Below the pieces are notes generated by a model that saw only the letters and a program-made list of their open reading frames with translations, ran no database searches and had not been told where the DNA came from. Both the position numbers and the translations under genes were made by a program. Positions 1 through 8,840 of a DNA stretch of 38,106 nucleotides are shown one piece after another. The DNA is from a virus: positions 1 through 38,106 of IMG/VR virus record IMGVR_UViG_2660238120_000001; one strand, given 5' to 3'. How positions within the stretch are numbered: position 1 is the stretch's first letter; the number at the start of each line of letters is the position of its first letter.

Positions 1-501
1 AAAGTTAAACAATGGAGTCAAGCAACGCAACAGAAGTTAGGTTTAACTTTTAGTTCCATTCAAGCTATTCAAAAATTCTGTAATAACAACGTTGAAAAGT
101 GTAAACATATCGTACGTTTAATTTTAAATGCACGTAATGTTGTAGCTAAACAGAATCAAATTGCTAAAAGTGAGATTACACAATTTGAATCCAATCTAAA
201 TATAAAAAATGGACTGGCTAAACAACTAGACCATATCTTTTCATACGCTTTAAATTTACCCAAAAGTAACTATGCTGGATACGTAACTAACGCTTTAAAG
301 ACTTATTTCACTCAATCTTTCGGATTAGAAACTACCCAAGTTGTAAAGCCTAAAATGCATCAAGTGAAGTTTAACAATGGTCAAAAACACATTCATGAAG
401 AACTACCTGAATGGGCTAAAGATGATTATGTATATGTACCGGATAATAATATAGATTTAGAGAAAAAAGCTAAGTTAGAAAATATGTTAAAGGAAATTTA
501 A
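1..501 (+). CDS. repA: RepA_N-family plasmid replication initiator, 3' part (ORF starts at 37622 and crosses the circular junction; about 309 aa in total)
   Basis: Frame 1 is open from base 1 to TAA 499-501 and is in phase with ATG 37622 through the 56-nt overlap. The C-terminal tail reads HEELPEWAKDDY. Confidence 0.8.
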   Translation, partial: KVKQWSQATQQKLGLTFSSIQAIQKFCNNNVEKCKHIVRLILNARNVVAKQNQIAKSEITQFESNLNIKNGLAKQLDHIFSYALNLPKSNYAGYVTNALKTYFTQSFGLETTQVVKPKMHQVKFNNGQKHIHEELPEWAKDDYVYVPDNNIDLEKKAKLENMLKEI

Positions 502-514
502 AGGAGATATAAAT

Positions 515-721
515 ATGAATTATGCTGAAAATATGTAAAATAAATTAAAAAAAGAATTTAATTACTTTATAAAAGTTTTAAAAAAAGATTTTTTTAATGT
601 AAAAATATTTAGAGATGAAAACAAAATATGCATAATTGAGTATGCAGGAAAAGATTTTAAAAAAAATCTCGGAAATAAGTATATTGTTGTTTATATCATG
701 GAATTTACCTACAAAAAATAA
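515..721 (+). pseudogene. Short ORF after rep, interrupted by one in-frame TAA (536-538)
   Basis: A strong SD (AAGGAG, 502-507) precedes ATG 515. The 68-codon frame is open except for the TAA at codon 8: MNYAENM*NKLKKEFNYFIKVLKKDFFNVKIFRDENKICIIEYAGKDFKKNLGNKYIVVYIMEFTYKK. Confidence 0.3.
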
Positions 722-829
722 AAAAATAGATTTTGATAGTTTTGCTGCATCTTTTATGGTATCAGCGCAACTAAACTTTGCTAGAAATACTTTTTAGAGT
801 TAAAAATTTGCATTTAGTTTTAAGAATAA

Positions 830-870
830 AATAATCCTATAAGCTATTTTATATAGCCAATAGGATTATT
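830..870 (-). terminator. Long imperfect hairpin, possible minus-strand terminator
   Basis: The arms are AATAATCCTAT (830-840) and ATAGGATTATT (860-870), with inner pairing GCTAT/ATAGC. The tail is T-rich only on the minus strand (TTATTCTT). Confidence 0.4.
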
Positions 871-890
871 GTGAATAATATATTTATTAT

Positions 891-919
891 TTGACTTTTT
901 AACATTTTAATTAGATAAT
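891..919 (+). promoter_or_regulatory. Sigma-A type promoter for the small + strand ORF
   Basis: TTGACT (891-896), 17-nt spacer, GATAAT (914-919). Confidence 0.55.
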
Positions 920-968
920 GTTCAGTGAAATGTGCATGCTATATACTTTTTGAACAGAGGTGTTTATA

Positions 969-1142
969 ATGAAATTTAATCATATATTTAGCAAGGTTAA
1001 AAAACAAACTAATCTTAATAAAAAATTTATAAACAGCATCTCAAAATCCATCAATGATGGCGAAAAAGCTCAAAAAGATATGGAAAACGATTATCAAAAA
1101 CATAAAGCTAAAAATGAAAAAATTTTATCTATGTTTAAGTAA
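969..1142 (+). CDS. Small basic hydrophilic protein (57 aa), convergent with and overlapping the 3' end of the 283-aa cargo gene
   Basis: SD AGAGG (956-960) lies 8 nt before ATG 969, with its own promoter and terminator. I recognise no family. Confidence 0.5.
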   Translation: MKFNHIFSKVKKQTNLNKKFINSISKSINDGEKAQKDMENDYQKHKAKNEKILSMFK

Positions 1143-1986
1143 AGTAAATGGCAATGGGTTTAATTAACCTATTGCCTTTTTCTATTTTAAATAAATCATT
1201 TAGCAAAGTAAGGCTAAGGTTAGGCATCATATTTTCTATCCCTGATATATTTTTGAGTAAGTCATCTATTTCTTGACTATTTATGTCAACTATAGATTCT
1301 ACTCTTCCAAATATTGTCATTTTTCTATTTGTAAAGTTTATCATTGGTAACTGACTGTGACTCATTCTCATTTTTTGATCTTTTGCAATTATTATTGAGT
1401 TGTCTGCTTTTAACAAAGCAGAATCAGAATAGACTATGTTTAATACAGTGATTAAATTTTTCAGGTTTTCTGTACGCTTTTTATCCTGTTCAACTTCTTT
1501 TAAACTTTTATCTTCAGATATAGAAACATTTAAAAATGCTTCACTGTTATATAAATCTTTTAATTTTTTTAAATCTAAAATGTTAAACTGCGATCTAAAT
1601 TTAACTAATGCCCCTTCCTTTATTTTTCTATTTCTAATATTGTCTAACAATCTATCGTTAAGTTCATTTTCAATAACATTTAGAGCATAGTCTTCATATA
1701 CAGAATCTACTGCACTTTGATTTAAATTAGAATTACCTACTATATGTTCATGTTTTCCGGATATACCTGATTGTATTTGACCTTCAGATGTTAGAGGTAT
1801 TTTTAATTTAGCACTGCCTTTTGTATCTGTACTTACTGAATGGCCTTTTTTATTAGTTTTACTGTCTCCAACGGTAGAAGTTAATTTTGACGGATAGCCA
1901 TTTTTAATTTGAGCTAAGATGGAACTTATTTCTTGGTCGTCAAAGTAAATGTATTCGTTTATTTGTTTTTTTTCGCTTTCACTCAT
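1135..1986 (-). CDS. Hypothetical cargo protein (283 aa) between the lysis cassette and rep
   Basis: SD AGGAGGAA precedes ATG 1986. The gene is separated from the late operon by the terminator at 2172-2212 and is very AT-rich. It has a central Gly/Ser/Thr/Lys-rich segment. No family was recognised. Confidence 0.8.
   Translation of the reverse strand: MSESEKKQINEYIYFDDQEISSILAQIKNGYPSKLTSTVGDSKTNKKGHSVSTDTKGSAKLKIPLTSEGQIQSGISGKHEHIVGNSNLNQSAVDSVYEDYALNVIENELNDRLLDNIRNRKIKEGALVKFRSQFNILDLKKLKDLYNSEAFLNVSISEDKSLKEVEQDKKRTENLKNLITVLNIVYSDSALLKADNSIIIAKDQKMRMSHSQLPMINFTNRKMTIFGRVESIVDINSQEIDDLLKNISGIENMMPNLSLTLLNDLFKIEKGNRLIKPIAIYFT
1150..1181 (+). terminator. Rho-independent terminator of the small + ORF, lying inside the 3' coding end of the convergent gene
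   Basis: Stem GGCAATGGGT / ACCTATTGCC (one G-T pair), 7-nt loop, then TTTTT. Confidence 0.55.
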
Positions 1987-2171
1987 TCTATTCCTCCTAT
2001 TCGTATTATGATTAAAAGCACCAATAATTATATCTTAAAAATCAAAAAAATAAAATTGTAAAACTTATTTGACAAAAAATCATTCATTCAAGAAGGATAT
2101 TTTTATAGTGGTGTATTATAATACTTTAAAAATATCAATTATTATATGTTCTATAATTTTTACTATAAATT

Positions 2172-2212
2172 AAAAAAATGCTATCAGCTCAAAAGAGCCG
2201 ATAGCATTTTTA
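2172..2212 (-). terminator. Terminator closing the late (lysis) operon; bidirectional shape
   Basis: Stem AAATGCTATCAGCTC / GAGCCGATAGCATTT with loop AAAA, an A-run before and a T-run after. Confidence 0.75.
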
Positions 2213-2265
2213 AGTGATAACATGATACAACTTTTACTATGTTTATATCATGATTTATTTTAACA

Positions 2266-3087
2266 TTATTTAACTTTATCAATCCATTTTTTGTTGGCAG
2301 TCATGTAACCAATGGCGGTTTTTAAACGGTATACGGTAGTTCCTTGTTTATTTTTACCAACTTTGATAGGTGTTGCATATAATACCGAACCCTTGCCTAA
2401 TTTTACTTTTCTTTTATCAGTCAATTTATCGTCATGATACATTGGTATTACTTTAGCAGTGATTTTAAAAAGTGTACCATCTGAATAATATTCATCTGGT
2501 TTATCGCTTTTAATTGGTTTAAAAGGCTTTGAATAATCAAAAGATAAATCTACATCGCCATATGGTGTATAAGCGGTTTGTGTATATTGCCATATATCAT
2601 AATCACAAGCCGGTTTAACGCTACTATATTTAGCTATCCATAACTTAGGATTATGGTGTAGTTTAGCACTATTTACTCTGGTTAGGCCAAAACTTTCATT
2701 GTAATACACTGCTAGATTGTGATACCCCTTACTGTAGCAGTAATCCAAAAATTCATTTATTTGTGCGGTTAAATTACCACTTAAAGAACCCTCAACGTCC
2801 ATCATTAGCTCGGTGGACTTATCAAAGCCTAAAGATTCTACACGGCTAATAAAATGCTTGGCCTCTGCTGGATTCCCCAAATAAAAATGATAAGCGCCGA
2901 CCTCGTCAAAGACTTTAAAGCCTGCTGCTATTTGGTTGCCGGCTTTTTTATTATCATATGCTGGATTACCATATGAAACTTGTACCGAAAGCATATCTAC
3001 GCCATATCTAGTCTTTAAATCTTTCATAAAGGCAACGCTATCTGATTGCCATACTGATATATCAGCTCTTCTTCTAACCATTTTCAT
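2266..3087 (-). CDS. Endolysin: GH25 muramidase domain plus C-terminal SH3-like cell-wall binding domain
   Basis: The N-terminus carries ADISVWQ, and DVDLSFDY lies at the end of the catalytic domain, both typical of GH25. It is the last gene after the holins. The start may be the second ATG at 3081, which has better SD spacing. Confidence 0.88.
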   Translation of the reverse strand: MKMVRRRADISVWQSDSVAFMKDLKTRYGVDMLSVQVSYGNPAYDNKKAGNQIAAGFKVFDEVGAYHFYLGNPAEAKHFISRVESLGFDKSTELMMDVEGSLSGNLTAQINEFLDYCYSKGYHNLAVYYNESFGLTRVNSAKLHHNPKLWIAKYSSVKPACDYDIWQYTQTAYTPYGDVDLSFDYSKPFKPIKSDKPDEYYSDGTLFKITAKVIPMYHDDKLTDKRKVKLGKGSVLYATPIKVGKNKQGTTVYRLKTAIGYMTANKKWIDKVK

Positions 3088-3505
3088 AGCTCCTTTGTGC
3101 GCTAATTTTTACATCTTTAGTTGCTTTAATTTCATTATGGTGTATTTCCCCGCCATTGTTTTTTAAAAGCGTTACAGCGTTTTCTATTAGTCCACTAGCC
3201 TCATTGTTAGTAATAGTAATACCATGCTGGTTAGCAATATCTACTAAACTATTTAATGCTTTTTCCTTTTTAGCAGCACCGCCAGCATCATACTGCTCTA
3301 CATGTGCTGATAAGTTATAAGATACATCAGACAAATATTTACAAGTATTGCTTAATTTAATGGCTCTATTGCGTTCTTGCTCGCTTTTAGCTGATTTAGA
3401 TTTAATAACTAAATACTCGCTTAATTTTCTCAGCATGAAAGCTAACATTAAGCAGATTGCACTAAAACCTAAAACAGTGATTATATCTAATAAAACATTT
3501 TTCAT
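3074..3505 (-). CDS. Holin-like protein, LL-H type (single N-terminal TM helix)
   Basis: One N-terminal TM helix (VLLDIITVLGFSAICLMLAFML) followed by a hydrophilic tail. It lies directly upstream of the endolysin. Confidence 0.6.
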   Translation of the reverse strand: MKNVLLDIITVLGFSAICLMLAFMLRKLSEYLVIKSKSAKSEQERNRAIKLSNTCKYLSDVSYNLSAHVEQYDAGGAAKKEKALNSLVDIANQHGITITNNEASGLIENAVTLLKNNGGEIHHNEIKATKDVKISAQRSYENG

Positions 3506-3912
3506 TTTTTACTACTCTTTTCATCTTCATTCTTTATATACGTTCTAGCCTTATCTAAGATAGCACCTAAATTTCCAGTGAAAATCCCCATCATTCTAAA
3601 ATTCTCAACTATACTACTAGCCTCATACAAAAGCACCGCCATTGTGTACATATCAGATATATCAATACTTAGCGGAATATGCATGTAGTTTAAAAATAAA
3701 TCATCTATCATATTGGCCAAAGGTATTAATAAAATAGCACCAAATTTCCTTAGTATTCCATATAGATATGACCTGGATTTAAACTTTGATTTTACAATGC
3801 TATTGATTGAGCCAATCACAACATCAATCGCTAATAATATTAAGTACCACTGGATCAAGTGCATTCCGTTAGCATCAAATAAATAGACTAAAACGCTTTC
3901 TACAAAATTCAT
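3502..3912 (-). CDS. Holin (phage_holin_4_1 / TcdE-like, multi-TM)
   Basis: It has 3-4 hydrophobic helices and a charged C-terminus (NEDEKSSKK), and sits in the lysis cassette. Confidence 0.65.
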   Translation of the reverse strand: MNFVESVLVYLFDANGMHLIQWYLILLAIDVVIGSINSIVKSKFKSRSYLYGILRKFGAILLIPLANMIDDLFLNYMHIPLSIDISDMYTMAVLLYEASSIVENFRMMGIFTGNLGAILDKARTYIKNEDEKSSKK

Positions 3913-3959
3913 ATACTAATTGGCTAAAGCCTCCTTTAAATAAATTTACATAAAAAATA

Positions 3960-4157
3960 CTACTGATTATCGGCTTGGTTATCCGGTTCATCAGTAGTAT
4001 TTTTATTTTGTTCTTCGATTTGCTTTTCTGCTTTTATTTTATCTTTAATTTGATTATATCCATCCTGTGATAAATCTCCTGTTTGCAAAAACACTTGCAA
4101 AATTTCATCTGTAAAAAGTTTATAGTTGTTAATTATCCATTTTTCGTAAAAATCCAC
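3960..4157 (-). CDS. XkdX-like small tail-associated protein
   Basis: GTG start with SD AAAGGTGG. The W..NY....T.E.L..F...G.L...GY..I pattern and its position after the fibre genes match PBSX. Confidence 0.55.
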   Translation of the reverse strand: MDFYEKWIINNYKLFTDEILQVFLQTGDLSQDGYNQIKDKIKAEKQIEEQNKNTTDEPDNQADNQ

Positions 4158-4159
4158 TT

Positions 4160-4501
4160 TTAGTTACCACCTTTAATTTTATTTTGAGCATTTTCTGACA
4201 TTATTTTACTAATCATCATTTTATTTTGAGCATTGTCCGACATTATTTTGCTCATTATCACTTGATTAGTAGCATTTTTTCCCATTAAATCAGCATTGAT
4301 TTTTTGTAAATCTCCATTATCATCCACTGCTTGTTTAAGTTTCAAGACTATCATTGAGCTATCGTCTATAATGACTTCATTTGTTCGCAAATTTAAAATT
4401 TTCCAGTAGCAGAAAGTGTCACCGCCTATAACTATCTCATCGGTAAACAGTCTATGATTAACATCTGGGATAGTCTGCGTATCTAAAATATAATAATTCA
4501 A
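4160..4501 (-). CDS. XkdW-position protein with a 42-bp (14-aa) tandem repeat near the C-terminus
   Basis: TTG start with SD AAAGGAGTG. DNA repeat 4176-4217 / 4218-4259 encodes SKIMSDNAQNK / SKIMSENAQNK. Confidence 0.5.
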   Translation of the reverse strand: MNYYILDTQTIPDVNHRLFTDEIVIGGDTFCYWKILNLRTNEVIIDDSSMIVLKLKQAVDDNGDLQKINADLMGKNATNQVIMSKIMSDNAQNKMMISKIMSENAQNKIKGGN

Positions 4502-4515
4502 AAATAATCACTCCT

Positions 4516-6273
4516 TTAAAATTTTACAAATTCATCTGCAGAACCATCTATTAACTTGGCATAGACATATAGGTAACAACCATACTTACCGTATGCACCA
4601 TATGCATTTCCACTCATTAGTCTTAAAGTACCGTTTCCGCTTTGCAAATTGACTCTTGATGAATTTAGTACAGTTGAGCTGGATACGTCACTAGGACTAT
4701 GAGTATTACCATAGTGTTGCCATACAGTTATGCTAGCTACTTTCGTTTTATAAAAGCCTAGAAGAGACTGATTAACTGTATAAGAAATAGATGTTACATC
4801 TTGCGGTTGGTCTGTTTTAAAAGTTAGTAAGCTATCTATCTTAGATGTATCTATCATTTTAATCGAAACTACATTTGATTTTTGGCTTTCTCCTACCGAA
4901 TTGCTTGCAGAAACTTGTGATAGATACGTTTGCCCAATTTCAGCATTAGGAATAGTGCCTGTTAAATTAGTTGTCCTAAAAGTTTGCCAATCCATATCAC
5001 TTTCACGCTTATAGTAGATTGTGTAGTAGTTTAATTTGAGTGGATTACTACTATCATCAGCAGGCGTGATTTGATAGTTTAAACTTCCATTGAAACTTAA
5101 ATTTAGTTGTGGAGCGGATAAAACGTTACCTACAGTAACTGTTTGCATATCAGTAACATTGCTTTCGCCAACCGCATTAAAAGCGATTGCTTTTAGCAAG
5201 TAGGTGTGTCCTAACGTGCAACCATCTATTTTGTAGTTGTTTTCTTTGATATCGTTCCACTTCCAGTTAGCATCGTTCGTGTCTTTAAACATGAGCCTAT
5301 AGTTAGTTACCGGTGTGTCAGCGTTGCTGTCAGCAGTAATAGTGTAGTTTATAGTTTTGCTTGATACATCAACTTTATAGCTTAATTTAACGTTATAAGG
5401 CACTTTTCCTAGTATATATGATTGTGCAGCGCTACCGTCACTCTCATAGCTTTGGTTGACTGCGGTTGCATAGAAATCATATTGATTTCCACCTTGTAAC
5501 TCTAAGCTGCCACTTAGCTGGTGTATATCTACATCAATATGACTATAGTCGGTATCAGTGTGCTTTTTATAATAGAGGACAAATTTTTCAATTTCGGCAC
5601 GTCCAAAATACAGTCCGGGTGTAATTGTGTAATCTACACTTGAGTCATTAGTTTTAATTTCTAGTGATGGTGATTCTGGTTTAGTAGCAATTACAACTTC
5701 CTTTGGTAATTTTGGCATATGATTATCAGTATACTTATTAGCTACTTGTATAGATTTTGCAACATCTTCTTTAGTTGCAAAATTTCTATTAAGATACGCT
5801 ACTGTAACAAAGTTATCTGGATTAATATTTAAGTTTAAATTAGCTTTATCGCCAACTACTACATAGATAATTAAATCAAATTGGTTATACACTTTGTTAG
5901 AGTAATCGTTCATATAGTAAGGACTATCAGCTAAAGTGATTGAATATAGATACTCGGTATCATCCCCGTTAATCTTTGCATATAAACCAACTGCATTGAT
6001 TTTAAAAGCGGTCTTAACATTAGTGTTAGTAAATCTAACTTGTGTACCAGTTGTGCCTTGCTGGTCGGTATCGTCTAATTCATCAACGATACTTCCGTTT
6101 TGAATCTCATTAGGTAATTTAGTCAATGCTGCTAAATTATCATCGTTATAGCTGCTAAAATCAGCATTAGATGCTACAGTTCTGGTAATTGTGAATTGCA
6201 ACTTACCCTTAGCGGCATCGCTGGCTATTGAGCTACCACGCTGTGTTAAAATCGTGTCTTTATAACTAGACAT
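4516..6273 (-). CDS. Tail fibre / receptor-binding protein with three FN3-like repeats
   Basis: The N-terminus (ILTQRGSSIASDAAKGKLQFTITR) resembles fibre N-termini. Three roughly 90-aa repeats each end in ...N.VGES. It follows the baseplate genes. Confidence 0.75.
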   Translation of the reverse strand: MSSYKDTILTQRGSSIASDAAKGKLQFTITRTVASNADFSSYNDDNLAALTKLPNEIQNGSIVDELDDTDQQGTTGTQVRFTNTNVKTAFKINAVGLYAKINGDDTEYLYSITLADSPYYMNDYSNKVYNQFDLIIYVVVGDKANLNLNINPDNFVTVAYLNRNFATKEDVAKSIQVANKYTDNHMPKLPKEVVIATKPESPSLEIKTNDSSVDYTITPGLYFGRAEIEKFVLYYKKHTDTDYSHIDVDIHQLSGSLELQGGNQYDFYATAVNQSYESDGSAAQSYILGKVPYNVKLSYKVDVSSKTINYTITADSNADTPVTNYRLMFKDTNDANWKWNDIKENNYKIDGCTLGHTYLLKAIAFNAVGESNVTDMQTVTVGNVLSAPQLNLSFNGSLNYQITPADDSSNPLKLNYYTIYYKRESDMDWQTFRTTNLTGTIPNAEIGQTYLSQVSASNSVGESQKSNVVSIKMIDTSKIDSLLTFKTDQPQDVTSISYTVNQSLLGFYKTKVASITVWQHYGNTHSPSDVSSSTVLNSSRVNLQSGNGTLRLMSGNAYGAYGKYGCYLYVYAKLIDGSADEFVKF

Positions 6274-6897
6274 TTAATCACTGCCTTTCATTTTTGAAAT
6301 TGCTTTACTTCTTTGGATGTGTTTAGTGCCAATATACATATTTAAATTACTATTATTGATAGTGCTTAGTTTAGGATTAGATATATTTGTAACCATTGAG
6401 ATAGCTTTACTTCCAATGCTTTCATGATGATATGATTTAGCTTTATCTAGTAGAGATATTTGTTTAGCTAATCTAGCTGGTAACATCTTATTCATTAAAT
6501 ATCTTAGCCTGTAAATTTGGTCATCTCTTAAACTGTTAGTGTCATCAATCGCATTAGCTAGTGATTTAACGCTATCTACATCTAAGCGAACTGGAATATT
6601 AAAAGAACTCAATAATTGTTTAAAATATCTAAGTGTAATCGGGTGGGGTGGTAATAACCGTAATAGAATGTTATATCGCCTGGTATCTAAATCCGCATCC
6701 CTATCCACTCTTAAACTATATTCATGCTCTAAAATGCTTAACCCTTGACTATCTGCGGTTTTCACAAATAAATTAGCGAAAATATTATCTACATAATCAG
6801 CTTTATCATCATAAATTGGTTGCTCGGCATTAATAATTACATTCATTTCTACAACATCATCATAATAATCCGGCAAGTTATTCTTTAAATCATTCAT
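6274..6897 (-). CDS. Baseplate protein, XkdU / DUF2313 (P2 gpI-like)
   Basis: N-terminal LPDYY....E...I...E motif and synteny after the baseplate J gene. Confidence 0.7.
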   Translation of the reverse strand: MNDLKNNLPDYYDDVVEMNVIINAEQPIYDDKADYVDNIFANLFVKTADSQGLSILEHEYSLRVDRDADLDTRRYNILLRLLPPHPITLRYFKQLLSSFNIPVRLDVDSVKSLANAIDDTNSLRDDQIYRLRYLMNKMLPARLAKQISLLDKAKSYHHESIGSKAISMVTNISNPKLSTINNSNLNMYIGTKHIQRSKAISKMKGSD

Positions 6898-8059
6898 TGC
6901 TTAAATTCACATCCCTTAAAACTGGTAATTCTGATGTGTCATTATCATATTTAAGGATTAAATCACTATCAGCGCCATTAATCTTTGGAATGCTAGCATT
7001 AATTACATGTTCTACTTTTAATACTTCGGCTAAAATCTGTGAACGATATAAAGTTAAGTGATAGCCGCTATAAGTATCTTTGTCGATAACATCCCACTTA
7101 GTGCTAACTTGTTTCTTAATGTAGCTATTTATAGCATTTTGAATGTTATAGCGTAAATCATTAGGGTTGATATTAATATCATCAGTAGTGATACTCATAT
7201 CTATATCAACGTCTACAACGCTAGGGGCTACTACTGTTACATTGTCCCCTATTGGTGCTAGACCGTAACCGCTGCTAGTTTGATTTACTGGATCAATGGT
7301 TTCTTTAACTTCATTCAGTAGCTCTTTTGAGGCTGCATTATTTGAGTTATCTAAAATAACTAATTTTACAGTTCCCCCACCTTGCCAGGCAGAATAGACT
7401 TGGCCCTTACCGACTGATTTAATATTTTTAAGCATGTCTTGATAATCGGCAATGTTACCACCGTAAGCGGTATAATCATCGCTGGCTAAAATCCTATCCC
7501 TATACACATCATCAGTTTCATCATCCCTAGCTGGTATAGATATTTCAGTTATTTCAGCCCACGAAAGACTATCGTTTGGTGTAACTGGCAATATCTGACC
7601 TATATAACCATTAGGATTAGTTCCAGCTATTTCCGCACTAATTAAACCGGTTAAATCGCTATTTATCTTAATGACGGTATAAAAAATAGGCTCATCTCCT
7701 AAGGAGGCAAACCTATCCCCTACCGCTACATTATTAATTGCTTTTCCGTCTGTATCTAAAAATTTAGCTGTAACCACTGCATTAGTAGCTACATCCCTGG
7801 ATTTACCTTTTTCAAATCCTTTTAGGTCTAAGAACTCGCCCTCGGCACTAATGGTATAAGACTGCTTAATATACTCTGATAATATCAAATTATCTTCGGC
7901 TTGTTGTTGTGCTGCTGGCGCTAGAGCATCATAGATAATTGAACCCTGCCGCTTATCTAAATCATCTGGCACGTTATCTAGCATACTATCCATGTAGTAG
8001 TCAAAATCTCGACTTAATAGGTCATCTATCAAGTCTTGTACAGTAACATAGTTAGCCAC
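6890..8059 (-). CDS. Baseplate J-like protein (XkdT)
   Basis: Size, synteny and J-family look (DKRQGSIIYDALAPAA). Confidence 0.8.
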   Translation of the reverse strand: MANYVTVQDLIDDLLSRDFDYYMDSMLDNVPDDLDKRQGSIIYDALAPAAQQQAEDNLILSEYIKQSYTISAEGEFLDLKGFEKGKSRDVATNAVVTAKFLDTDGKAINNVAVGDRFASLGDEPIFYTVIKINSDLTGLISAEIAGTNPNGYIGQILPVTPNDSLSWAEITEISIPARDDETDDVYRDRILASDDYTAYGGNIADYQDMLKNIKSVGKGQVYSAWQGGGTVKLVILDNSNNAASKELLNEVKETIDPVNQTSSGYGLAPIGDNVTVVAPSVVDVDIDMSITTDDININPNDLRYNIQNAINSYIKKQVSTKWDVIDKDTYSGYHLTLYRSQILAEVLKVEHVINASIPKINGADSDLILKYDNDTSELPVLRDVNLSNE

Positions 8060-8486
8060 TTAGGTTTTCCTCCTTTCTTATGTCGACTGGTCCAAAAATG
8101 GTTTCACAAGTTCCCTCAATCAGAATGCTATCTTTATCAACCTTAGTGATATTGTCGATGTCCGTACTGATAACCCTATCATCAGATAACAAACACTCAT
8201 CTATCATTCTGGCCACTTCTACCTTAATGTATTCAAAGTCTTTGCCTACTAAATCTTGAATGTCATTGCCATAATCTTCATTGTAGATTAACCATACAAA
8301 GCGCTCCGTTTGTAGTGCCTTGTCAATGGCTTGTAGCATGGCATTATATCCATCAGTAAAGCTAATGATACGGTTATTTTTAACTCTATAAGTTTTTGAT
8401 GGTAAGGTTACTTCTTCATAGTCATCCCCTAAATCGTCTTGTAAGCCATCGTCTTGAACTTCTTCAACGCTTTCAGCTGCATCCAC
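8052..8486 (-). CDS. Baseplate wedge protein, XkdS / DUF2634-like
   Basis: Acidic N-terminus, TYRV...RI motif and synteny. Confidence 0.6.
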   Translation of the reverse strand: MDAAESVEEVQDDGLQDDLGDDYEEVTLPSKTYRVKNNRIISFTDGYNAMLQAIDKALQTERFVWLIYNEDYGNDIQDLVGKDFEYIKVEVARMIDECLLSDDRVISTDIDNITKVDKDSILIEGTCETIFGPVDIRKEENLSG

Positions 8487-8840
8487 CTAATCATCTCCTA
8501 ACTTTTCAAATACATAAAATTCCTGGCCTCCATCTTTTCTAATCATTGCAACAGCATCCCCCTCTTCTAAATGCTGTTTAACCATAATCTCAATATCTTT
8601 AGTTTTATCTTCCGGCTTATTTATTATCATTTTGTCGGAATCTTTAACGATACTAATTTTTTCTTTATGGTCAGTTACATTACGCCCTAAAGTTAAAAAA
8701 TCTTCGGTTAAAATTAGTGTGTTACTAACTTCAATTTTTAAAGGACTTTTACTAACTACTTTCCCAAAAACTACATCAGAATATTCACTAGCGTGGCCAC
8801 CACGCTTATTAAATTGTTTTAAAAGGTATTCTCCTGCCAC
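8487..8840 (-). CDS. XkdR-like small baseplate protein
   Basis: Synteny and size only. Confidence 0.5.
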   Translation of the reverse strand: MAGEYLLKQFNKRGGHASEYSDVVFGKVVSKSPLKIEVSNTLILTEDFLTLGRNVTDHKEKISIVKDSDKMIINKPEDKTKDIEIMVKQHLEEGDAVAMIRKDGGQEFYVFEKLGDD

